Below are positions 29,337-38,177 of a stretch of DNA of 64,000 bases, piece after piece (position 1 is the first letter of the stretch; each line of letters starts with the position of its first letter). Made by a program: the position numbers and the translations under genes. This DNA is from Bacteroidales bacterium. Lineage in GTDB: Bacteria; Bacteroidota; Bacteroidia; Bacteroidales; TTA-H9. Under the pieces are notes generated by a model, which was not told the origin of the DNA, ran no database searches, and saw only the letters and a program-made list of their open reading frames with translations. Location of the stretch: NCBI GenBank assembly GCA_030656615.1, contig JAUSOY010000007.1, positions 27,814 through 91,813 of the forward strand. The letters are read 5' to 3'.

Positions 29337-30722
29337 TTAATTCAAGTGATTCCAGTTACCGGAATTGTAAAATTCGAGTATCTGTTTTCGCATGATGTAG
29401 ATTAATTTAGCTTTTAAAACAGCTGCTTCGGCCGACGCAACACGTTGTTTGGATGCTTCAAAATCCGTTGCCCCCGCTAGCCCTTTTTCCATTTTTCTTG
29501 CTACGTTCTTTAAAGAAAGGAGGTTGAATTCCCTTGATTCCATGGAGGCGTGGTATTCATTTTCGGAAGATTGCAGTTCATCCCTTGCCTTCACAATTTC
29601 AGCGTATAGCAAATCCTTTCTTTTTTGAAGCTCATATGCCTGATTGGTCAGGGCAATTTCCTTTCTTTTCCTTTGACAGTAAACCGATGCATGATTAAAT
29701 AATGGAATGGAAATTCCCAAATTTACCCACTGATTCTGATTGTTTTCGAGCTGTTTAACATACGCCAAAGTGTCCCCATCAAAATAATTGGAATTATAAC
29801 CAGCAGACATATACACTCTTGGGAAATAACTCCCTTTCGCCACAGCCAGATCCTTCTCCTTTGCTTTGAGTAAAAATTCTTGCTGTTTTATCTCTGGCAA
29901 AATCTGTACTGCCGTACTGAACAATGAATCAATATTCGACACTGCAGTAGTGGTAATCAACAAAGCATTTACTGTATCGATGCTAAGCATTTGACTTGCA
30001 TCAAGACGCAGCAATTGCTTTAATTCTAGCATTGCCTTACTCATATTATTTCGGGCACGGACAAGATTAAGCTTATCATCAGCCCATTGACTGTTTAATT
30101 CCTGTACCATGATGGGTGATTCCCTGCCTACATCAACAAACTTTTGCATTCGATGATACATTAGTTCTGACAAGTCAGCCTGACTTTGAGCCACCTGCAT
30201 CAATCCAATACTATAAACAGCGGTATAATATGAGCTTAATACACTAAATATTAGTTGATTTTTAGCAAACGAAAGATCTTCTTTGCTGGCAGAAAGCAGA
30301 TAATGATTATAACGAATTGTATTTTGCTTAATGAAACCATTAAAAATATCGATGGATGAACCGACCCAAAATTGGTTTCCCAAAGTCTGTTCATAGGTAA
30401 TGGCATTCGTATTTCCGTCGATGTTTCTTCCAAAATTCAAATTCACTGAACTGCCCATATTTAAATCGGGCAGCATTCCAATCTTACTTTCAAAAAGCCC
30501 GATTTGCTGGCTTTTGAGTTCGTTTGCCTTCTGATGAAGTTCAATATTATTATTCAGCGCATATTCTACACAGGCTGTAAGACTCCAAGTTTTTTGAGCA
30601 AAGGAAACAGAATGAAATAACATCAGAAGAATAAAAAGAACAAGGGGAAAAATTGAAGGCATGTAACTTTTCATCACATTCGTAAAAACATTTTCCTCAA
30701 TAACCAACAGCAAATTTTTCAT
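29337..30722 (-). CDS. TolC-family outer membrane protein
   Basis: Signal peptide ending SFAQ, WSLTACVEYALNNN, and OEP-like repeats (LPDL, ISIPLFN). The true start may be a later ATG. Confidence 0.88.
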   Translation of the reverse strand: MKNLLLVIEENVFTNVMKSYMPSIFPLVLFILLMLFHSVSFAQKTWSLTACVEYALNNNIELHQKANELKSQQIGLFESKIGMLPDLNMGSSVNLNFGRNIDGNTNAITYEQTLGNQFWVGSSIDIFNGFIKQNTIRYNHYLLSASKEDLSFAKNQLIFSVLSSYYTAVYSIGLMQVAQSQADLSELMYHRMQKFVDVGRESPIMVQELNSQWADDKLNLVRARNNMSKAMLELKQLLRLDASQMLSIDTVNALLITTTAVSNIDSLFSTAVQILPEIKQQEFLLKAKEKDLAVAKGSYFPRVYMSAGYNSNYFDGDTLAYVKQLENNQNQWVNLGISIPLFNHASVYCQRKRKEIALTNQAYELQKRKDLLYAEIVKARDELQSSENEYHASMESREFNLLSLKNVARKMEKGLAGATDFEASKQRVASAEAAVLKAKLIYIMRKQILEFYNSGNWNHLN

Positions 30723-30749
30723 ACCAATTCCATTAAGTCATTGGAATTG

Positions 30750-30765
30750 TTCAATGTTGATGCCA
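30750..30765 (-). promoter_or_regulatory. Putative sigma54 (-24/-12) promoter for the tolC-MFP-ABC operon
   Basis: Minus strand TGGCATCAACATTGAA (GG-N10-GA variant), next to a divergent enhancer-binding protein gene. Confidence 0.55.
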
Positions 30766-30829
30766 GTTACCATATCTAACAGAATATAAGCACTATAATG
30801 GCCAATATTTTATAAAAACCGAGAAAAAG

Positions 30830-30868
30830 TGTATAATTTTTTGACAATCCCTGTTTAATTATTTGACA
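30830..30868. promoter_or_regulatory. Two tandem TGT-N11-ACA boxes (putative enhancer/UAS)
   Basis: TGTATAATTTTTTGACA (30830-30846) and TGTTTAATTATTTGACA (30852-30868), 22 bp apart. Confidence 0.55.
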
Positions 30869-30935
30869 ATTATCTAACTTCGTTGATACATCATTTAATA
30901 ATGATGTTAAATGTTCTGAAATTATACAGAGAAAC

Positions 30936-32300
30936 ATGAAAAGTAATATTCTCATTCTCGACGATAACCATAGTGTATTAACGGCACTGGAAATGCTGCT
31001 TCAAACAGAGTTTGAAAATGTTTTCTGTCTAAAAAATCCAAACATCCTGATTTCAACCTTACAGCAACAAGATATCGATATTGTTTTGCTCGATATGAAC
31101 TTTAAAGCAGGAATGAATACAGGCAATGAAGGAATTTACTGGCTAAATCAGATTCAGGAGCACGACCCAAGCATTAGTGTTGTAATGATTACTGCCTATG
31201 GTGATATTGAATTAGCCGTAAAAGCTGTAAAAGAAGGAGCCTTTGATTTTGTTTTAAAGCCCTGGGATAATAATAAATTAATCAGCACACTACATGCAGC
31301 TATAAAACTGCGAAAAAGTAAAATGGAAAACATTTCACTTTTAAAAACAACTCACGCCCTAAAACAAGAATTGAAATCGAACTCACAAAAAATTATCGGG
31401 CAATCAGAATCCATGAGAAAAGTGATGGAAATGGTAAGAAAAGTTGCTGTGACGGATGCCAATGTTTTTATTACCGGCGAAAATGGTACAGGCAAAGAAC
31501 TTATTGCACACGAAATACATAATTACTCAAAAAGAAGCAAAGAAGTAATGCTGAGTGTGGATATGGGAGCAATTTCCGAATCGTTGTTTGAAAGCGAATT
31601 ATTCGGACATAGTAAGGGCTCGTTTACCGATGCAAAAGAAGACCGGACCGGCAAATTTGAAGCAGCACATAAAGGAACACTCTTTCTCGACGAAATCGGA
31701 AATCTCAGCCTGTCATTACAGGCAAAAATACTAACTGCAGTTCAAAACAGAACAATTATAAAAGTGGGGAGTAATACTCCGGTTCCTATTGATATTCGTT
31801 TGATTTCGGCTACCAACCGCGACCTTAAACCCATGATAAGCAATGGTCAGTTTCGAGAAGATTTGCTTTACCGCATAAACACCATTACCATAGAATTACC
31901 TCCCTTGCGTGACCGTGGAAGTGATATTCTGCTGCTTGCCGAATTTTATCTGCAGAAATATGCCTCAAAATATGATAAGTACGGACTAAAAATCAGTCAA
32001 AAAGCGATGCAAAAACTGATGGATTACAAGTGGCCGGGAAATATCAGAGAATTGCAACATTCGATCGAAAAAGCAGTGATTTTGGCTGAAGACAAAGTTT
32101 TGAATGAATTTTCTTTCAATTTAACGGATAATTCAAATGTACCTGACAAAACCCTTTCGAACAAAACCATCGAAAAAATGGAAAAAGAGATGATTCTTAA
32201 TAGTATTAACAAAGAAAAAGGCAATATAAGTGCAGTGGCCAAATCGCTGGGAATAACACGCCAGACGCTCTACAATAAATTAAAAAAGCATAATATTTAA
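30936..32300 (+). CDS. NtrC-family sigma54-dependent response regulator (REC-AAA+-Fis HTH)
   Basis: LLDMNF, GENGTGKE, ESELFGH, GSFTDA, FLDEIG, FREDLLYR, WPGNIREL and LGITRQTLY. Confidence 0.94.
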   Translation: MKSNILILDDNHSVLTALEMLLQTEFENVFCLKNPNILISTLQQQDIDIVLLDMNFKAGMNTGNEGIYWLNQIQEHDPSISVVMITAYGDIELAVKAVKEGAFDFVLKPWDNNKLISTLHAAIKLRKSKMENISLLKTTHALKQELKSNSQKIIGQSESMRKVMEMVRKVAVTDANVFITGENGTGKELIAHEIHNYSKRSKEVMLSVDMGAISESLFESELFGHSKGSFTDAKEDRTGKFEAAHKGTLFLDEIGNLSLSLQAKILTAVQNRTIIKVGSNTPVPIDIRLISATNRDLKPMISNGQFREDLLYRINTITIELPPLRDRGSDILLLAEFYLQKYASKYDKYGLKISQKAMQKLMDYKWPGNIRELQHSIEKAVILAEDKVLNEFSFNLTDNSNVPDKTLSNKTIEKMEKEMILNSINKEKGNISAVAKSLGITRQTLYNKLKKHNI

Positions 32301-32365
32301 GTTCAACTTGTATTAAACGAAAAGGTCAATTACAATAATTTATATTCCAAAATAAATCTACACAT

Positions 32366-33721
32366 ATGGGCTACTCGCATTTTTACCGGGTAATTATTTT
32401 AAAATTACTAATTATTATACTGCTTTCGATGGCCATTCCCTGGCTAATTTTTGTAAAACAAGCCTATGTTTTAAGTTTACTGCCATTGGGTTTATTAGTA
32501 ATTGCCTGTATTGATATCGTTCGCTTTTTTAATAAAATCAATCACTGGATAGCCTTTTTTCTTTTAGGAATCGAAAATGAAGACACCACATTAAAATCGC
32601 CACCGGCCACCGGCAATAAAGCCATCGACAACGTTTACAAAGCCACCGATCGGCTCAACGAACTTTTTAGGCAGATAAAAATAAACATCAGCACACAGGA
32701 GCAATATTTTCGAATGATTATCGACCAGTCACTTACCGGACTATTCGCGGTGAACGAAAATGGAAGGATCATCAATATTAATCCGGCTGCAAAAAAGCTG
32801 ACCCTTTTACAGGATCACCACCACATAAACCTCCTTTCAAATATTGATTCAGCCTTGCCCGATTTTATCATGTTTTCGGGCAAAAACAAAACACAGCAAT
32901 CCGCTGTTTTTGAAAATCAGTTTGGACAAAAATTACTGTTCAAATTATCAGAGATTAAAAGCCAGAAGGGAATTATTAAGCTGGTTGTTGTAAGCGATAT
33001 TACCAAAGAATTGGATAATGGAGAAGTGGAAGCATGGATAAAGCTGGCACGAACATTATCTCACGAAATCATGAACAATATTGCACCCATCACAACACTT
33101 TCACAGGTTATCTCGGGGTATTTTACAACAAACAACAAAAGAATTGATGTTCAGGATCTGGACTCCAAAACACTTACTAATACAGTAAAAGGACTCCGGG
33201 TGATCGAAGAACGAAGTCTTAGCCTGATGAATTTTACGGAAAACTACCGGAAATTTACCATGCTTCCCGTACCACAATTTTCCATGGTTAATGTATCGCA
33301 ACTCCTCGAAAATAATCTAATGGCCGCAAGCACCTATTGCGGATTTGATAATTTACATCTTGCAAAATCGATTCCCGAAAATCAATTATTCTTAACCGAC
33401 GAAAAGCTTCTTTCTCAGGTTGTACTAAACTTGTTAAAAAACGCCTGCGAGGCCCTTGTCATGGAAAAGACCAGCAATCCGAGTCTTGTAGTAAGTTTGA
33501 AACAAACCGGAAACAATCTCATAATAAACATTTCAAATAACGGGCCTGCAATTCCTCCCAGCTTACGAGAGCAGATTTTTATTCCTTTCTACACAACAAA
33601 ATCTGGTGGATCAGGCATTGGACTGAGTCTCAGTAAGCAAATAATGCTTAAAATGAATGGCGATATCGTACTAAGTCTGTCGAAGGATCACTTAACAACA
33701 TTTTCCATTGTTTTAAATTGA
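32366..33721 (+). CDS. Membrane sensor histidine kinase (cognate of the NtrC-like regulator)
   Basis: Two TM segments, PAS-like region, SHEIMN, NLLKNA, PFYTTK and GSGIGL. Confidence 0.9.
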   Translation: MGYSHFYRVIILKLLIIILLSMAIPWLIFVKQAYVLSLLPLGLLVIACIDIVRFFNKINHWIAFFLLGIENEDTTLKSPPATGNKAIDNVYKATDRLNELFRQIKINISTQEQYFRMIIDQSLTGLFAVNENGRIININPAAKKLTLLQDHHHINLLSNIDSALPDFIMFSGKNKTQQSAVFENQFGQKLLFKLSEIKSQKGIIKLVVVSDITKELDNGEVEAWIKLARTLSHEIMNNIAPITTLSQVISGYFTTNNKRIDVQDLDSKTLTNTVKGLRVIEERSLSLMNFTENYRKFTMLPVPQFSMVNVSQLLENNLMAASTYCGFDNLHLAKSIPENQLFLTDEKLLSQVVLNLLKNACEALVMEKTSNPSLVVSLKQTGNNLIINISNNGPAIPPSLREQIFIPFYTTKSGGSGIGLSLSKQIMLKMNGDIVLSLSKDHLTTFSIVLN

Positions 33722-33977
33722 GTCATGGATGGATTAATAGATGAAAAGTTGATGAAAACTCGGAGTTTTCAACTGGTAGATCTCCAATGAAACAAGCGAT
33801 TATTTTTCACTAAAATTATCCATCGATCATAACACATCTAGAAATCATAAATCATTTAAAATCTATTTATTTGTTCGCATTAATGTAACATTTATTTGGA
33901 GCAGATGTACAAGTATCAGGTTCAGGAAAATATGCATTGTCGTTTTAATAATAAACTGATTTCATATAAAATTCTGC

Positions 33978-35726
33978 ATGGGAATCGACATAAAAACCAT
34001 CGCTTTCGTTTTAGGAATCACGCATCTGATTCAGATATTGGTTTTTATATATCAGTATCGGGTTAATAAACACATCAAGGGCCCGGGATGGTGGCTTCTT
34101 TGGAGTGCCTTTGAATCGCTTGGATTTATCCTAATTATTCTAAGAGCTATCCCCTCATTGACATTTACAATGATTATTTTTCAAAACATTGTAATTCTGC
34201 TGGGAACCATTTTCATCTATATTGGTCTGATTAAATTTTTTAATAGGAAAGTTAATTTTCGATTCCTTGGTGTATTTTTCTTCTCTTTTTTAATGCTTCA
34301 TATTTACTTCATTTTTATTCATGACGATATATCAATACGATCAGTAAATTTAGCCATTTACCTTTCTATAATATCTTTTACTACAGCCTTTTACCTTCAA
34401 AAATACAAAACAAAATCTACTATTTTCACAGCCAATTTTAATATAATAATATTTATTGTCCATGGATGTGTATTTGCCTATCGAGCAGTATTAATTATAA
34501 CAGGCACATCAGTCACGGAAGTATTTACGCCCAGCCTTTTCAATTTTATTCCCTATTTTGATGCTCTGATTGTAAGCCTACTATGGACATTTGGTTTTAT
34601 TATGATGGTTAACCAGCGATTGAATTCAGAGATTTCAGAGGCGAAAACTCATTTTGAACTCATCTTTAATACCAGTCCTGATGCGTCTATAATTACCCAA
34701 ATAGAAAATGGTCTATTCATCGATTGTAATGAAAGTTTTATAAAATTATTAGGGTATTCAAAAGCAGACATCAATGGAAAGTCAACCCTGAATATAAATA
34801 TTTGGGGTAATCCGGATGACCGCAATGAAATGCTCCGCCGAATAAACGAATATGGTTTTTGCGAAAACTTTGAATGTGCTTTCCGTCGAAAAAACGATCG
34901 ATTATTTGTTGGTTTACTTTCAGCAAAAATTATAATACTGCAAGAAACTCCACATCTGATAAGTGTTATACGCGATATTTCTGAAAGGAAGCAAATTGAA
35001 GAAGAAATTAAACTAAAAAACGAAGAGCTCAATAAAGTCAATGCCGAAAAAGATAAATTCTTCTCCATTATTGCCCATGATCTTCGGAGTCCTTTCAGTG
35101 GATTTTTAGGACTAACAGAACTTCTCGCTGAAGATGTGCAAAATATGACAATGGACAGAACTAAACTGATAGCTCAGAAAATGCACGAATCTGCTGTTAA
35201 TATCTTCAGACTTCTCGAGAACTTGTTGGAATGGTCAAGAATGGAACATGGGCTTATTCATTTTAATCCTGAAAACATTCAGCTATATTCCCTTGCGAAT
35301 GAAAGTCTGACGATGATTGTTGATCGTGCAAAATCAAAGGAAATTGAAATTACCAATATAATCCCCGAAGACCTGAACGTATTGGCTGACAGCAACATCA
35401 TCCAGTCTGTGATACGAAACTTGGTCTCAAATGCGGTTAAATTCACTCCTTTCGGTGGAAAGATAATTCTTTCCTCCAAAATCATGACCAATAAAACTCT
35501 TAAAATATCGGTCAGCGATACCGGAATTGGCATGAGTTTAAGCATGTTAGAAAATTTGTTCCACCTCGGTGTTCAAACCAATAGAATCGGCACTGATGGT
35601 GAGCCAAGCACCGGTTTAGGACTTTTAATCTGTAAAGGTTTTATTGAAAGACACGGAGGAAAAATTTGGGCAGAAAGTGAAGAAGGAAAAGGCTCCGATT
35701 TCCATTTTACAATTCCAGGCAAATAG
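33978..35726 (+). CDS. Multi-TM PAS-domain sensor histidine kinase (orphan)
   Basis: About seven hydrophobic segments, PAS (IFNTSPD...RDISERK), AHDLRSPF, NLVSNAVKF, DTGIG and STGLGL. Confidence 0.9.
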   Translation: MGIDIKTIAFVLGITHLIQILVFIYQYRVNKHIKGPGWWLLWSAFESLGFILIILRAIPSLTFTMIIFQNIVILLGTIFIYIGLIKFFNRKVNFRFLGVFFFSFLMLHIYFIFIHDDISIRSVNLAIYLSIISFTTAFYLQKYKTKSTIFTANFNIIIFIVHGCVFAYRAVLIITGTSVTEVFTPSLFNFIPYFDALIVSLLWTFGFIMMVNQRLNSEISEAKTHFELIFNTSPDASIITQIENGLFIDCNESFIKLLGYSKADINGKSTLNINIWGNPDDRNEMLRRINEYGFCENFECAFRRKNDRLFVGLLSAKIIILQETPHLISVIRDISERKQIEEEIKLKNEELNKVNAEKDKFFSIIAHDLRSPFSGFLGLTELLAEDVQNMTMDRTKLIAQKMHESAVNIFRLLENLLEWSRMEHGLIHFNPENIQLYSLANESLTMIVDRAKSKEIEITNIIPEDLNVLADSNIIQSVIRNLVSNAVKFTPFGGKIILSSKIMTNKTLKISVSDTGIGMSLSMLENLFHLGVQTNRIGTDGEPSTGLGLLICKGFIERHGGKIWAESEEGKGSDFHFTIPGK

Positions 35727-35999
35727 GGGAAAAAAGATATGTTTTTGCCAAGTCGACCCAAGCTCATGAAATTGAATCCGGTTCATGTTTCTTTCCATCT
35801 TAACAAAAGAAAACATGTAAAACTTACTTACTCATATCTTCAAAAAAATAAATTAATAAATTTTGTAGGTAACCTATGAACATTTATATTTTTTGATATC
35901 TTTGGTTTAAAAACAAACAGCAACAAGGTGATTTTTTTGATTATTGATTAGCAAATACTTAAAACTGATCTTTATTTCAAAATCAACCTAGTAAAACCT

Positions 36000-36105
36000 T
36001 GAAAAACCAACAAGTGACTGAAGCAGTTAATACCAATCAACCAAAAAAACCATGAAAAACCAACAACTGAGTGAAGCAGTTAATACCAATCAACCAAAAA
36101 AACCA
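36000..36105 (+). repeat. 53-bp tandem duplication (2 copies, 51/53 identical)
   Basis: tgaaaaaccaacaa[gtgac|ctgag]tgaagcagttaataccaatcaaccaaaaaaacca at 36000-36052 and 36053-36105. Confidence 0.95.
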
Positions 36106-38177
36106 TGAAAAGAATCCCGGCTTCCCGATTTATCCATTTTGCCTTATTCATCATGCTTGCGACGAATCTTTTTGCGCAAAACCCTCCTGAAAAATATGGT
36201 AAAATATCTGTTGAAGAATTGGAAAATACTGCTTGCCCAATTGATTCGAATGCACATGCATTCTTTCTATTTGATTATGGAACCTCCTATTTTGAATATG
36301 CCGATACTGAAATTCATGAATTTGATTCCAGAGGAGACCAAAAAGGATTTCAATTATTCTTCAAACGGCACTGTAGAATTAAAATTCTTGATAACCAGGG
36401 TTTTTCATGGGCTGATTTCGAAATTCCCTTATATCACGACGAAGGAATAGATGAAGAAAAAATTATGAGCATCAATGCATGTGCATATAATTTGGAAAAT
36501 GGTAAAATCGCAAAAACGAAACTCAAGAAATCGGATGTTTTTAGCGAAGAAACAAATAAATACTGGACAACGAAGAAGTTTGCAATGCCAAACGTGCGTG
36601 AAGGTTCAGTTATTGAAATTGAGTACACTATTAAATCAGATTACTTTTTCAATCTTCGACCATGGTATTTTCAGAGGACAATTCCGGTTTTACAAAGCGA
36701 ATATCATGTGAGCATTCCAGAATACTTCAATTTCAATCAGACCCAAAGAGGATATATCCAAATACAGAGAGAAGAAGAACATAAACAAAAAAGACTAACC
36801 ATTACCTATCACGCAAAAGCATTGGGAATCATAGCTCAGAAACAAACGAGCTCGAGCACATTTGATTATTATGAATACATTTGTCATTATTACGCAAAAG
36901 ACATTCCGGCCTTTGAGATTGAAGAACATTTAAGAACGAAAGATAATTACCTAAGTCGATTTGAATTTGAACTTCAATGGACGCAGTTTCCGAATGCTGC
37001 CAGGCGATCATACACCTCGAATTGGGATAATATTAATGGAAACTTATTGGATCATGCGAAGTTTGGAGAAGAGTTAAATACAAGGTCACACATTAAAAAT
37101 GATGCCGCCACGCTTAAGCAATCCAATCAACAGGATTATCCACTCTTAAGCAGTGCTTTTAACTTTATTAAAGGTAAAATGGCGTGGAATGGATACTATA
37201 GCAAATATGTCACAACATCGCTTTCTGAGGCTTACAAATCGGGAAGAGGAAATTGTGCTGATATAAATTTAAATCTTCTGCTTCTGCTGAGGGAATTAGG
37301 TTTTGATGCCTATCCGGTCATATTAAGCACTCAGGAAAATGGCATAATTAATCCAGCCCTCCCTTCTATCAGTAGTTTTAACTATGTAATAACCGTGGTT
37401 AAATTAGACAAAGACACATTACTCATGGATGCTTCAGATCCATACGCTGAAATCAATATTTTACCTGTTCGCTGTCTTAACGACAAAGGCAGAATTGTAG
37501 ATAATACCGGAGGACACTGGATACTTCTGATGGATTATAAGCCATATTCCCTGTTAGAATACTATAAAATAGATATGGATGAAAACCGCTCTATCCATGG
37601 TGTGAGGCAATTGAGTTTAAAAGATTATGCTAAATATCAGTATAAAAAATCCATAAAAAAGCACAATAATATCTCAGAATATCAGTCTTATCTGGAAAAA
37701 GAAATTACTGATCTGAAAATCCTGGATCTCACGGTGACTGGATTGGATACCCTGATGGACAATATGAGCATAAGCATCAAATTCAAGCAAAATAATTTCA
37801 TTGAAGAATCAAATGATATTGCGTATTTTAAACCAGCTTATCAGCCCTTTGTTTCTAAAAACCCCTTTAAACTTGAAAAACGTGATTACCCGGTAGAATT
37901 TGATTATCCATATGGTGTCCAACAGATATACTCAATAACTATACCTGAGAAATATAGCATTTCAGATTTACCCAAAGCACTTATAATCAATTCGCCTGAT
38001 GGAAAATTAAAATACTTATACAATATAAGCCAGGCAGGAAACAATATTACCCTGATGATTAAATTCTCATTGAATAAAACACTGTTTTCATCAGTGGAAT
38101 ATGATGGATTAAAAGACTTTTATCAGCTAATCATCGACAAGCAAAACGAACTAATTGTACTTAAAAAAACCGAATGA
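36105..38177 (+). CDS. DUF3857 / transglutaminase-like domain protein
   Basis: Signal peptide, RIKILD, MPNVREGSVIEIEY, WYFQRTIPV, GNCADINL, FNYVI and NPFKLEKRDYPVEFDYP. Confidence 0.85.
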   Translation: MKRIPASRFIHFALFIMLATNLFAQNPPEKYGKISVEELENTACPIDSNAHAFFLFDYGTSYFEYADTEIHEFDSRGDQKGFQLFFKRHCRIKILDNQGFSWADFEIPLYHDEGIDEEKIMSINACAYNLENGKIAKTKLKKSDVFSEETNKYWTTKKFAMPNVREGSVIEIEYTIKSDYFFNLRPWYFQRTIPVLQSEYHVSIPEYFNFNQTQRGYIQIQREEEHKQKRLTITYHAKALGIIAQKQTSSSTFDYYEYICHYYAKDIPAFEIEEHLRTKDNYLSRFEFELQWTQFPNAARRSYTSNWDNINGNLLDHAKFGEELNTRSHIKNDAATLKQSNQQDYPLLSSAFNFIKGKMAWNGYYSKYVTTSLSEAYKSGRGNCADINLNLLLLLRELGFDAYPVILSTQENGIINPALPSISSFNYVITVVKLDKDTLLMDASDPYAEINILPVRCLNDKGRIVDNTGGHWILLMDYKPYSLLEYYKIDMDENRSIHGVRQLSLKDYAKYQYKKSIKKHNNISEYQSYLEKEITDLKILDLTVTGLDTLMDNMSISIKFKQNNFIEESNDIAYFKPAYQPFVSKNPFKLEKRDYPVEFDYPYGVQQIYSITIPEKYSISDLPKALIINSPDGKLKYLYNISQAGNNITLMIKFSLNKTLFSSVEYDGLKDFYQLIIDKQNELIVLKKTE

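Noticed and set aside
36000-36105. CRISPR-like array
   Set aside because: Only two directly abutting copies, no unique spacers and no cas genes.
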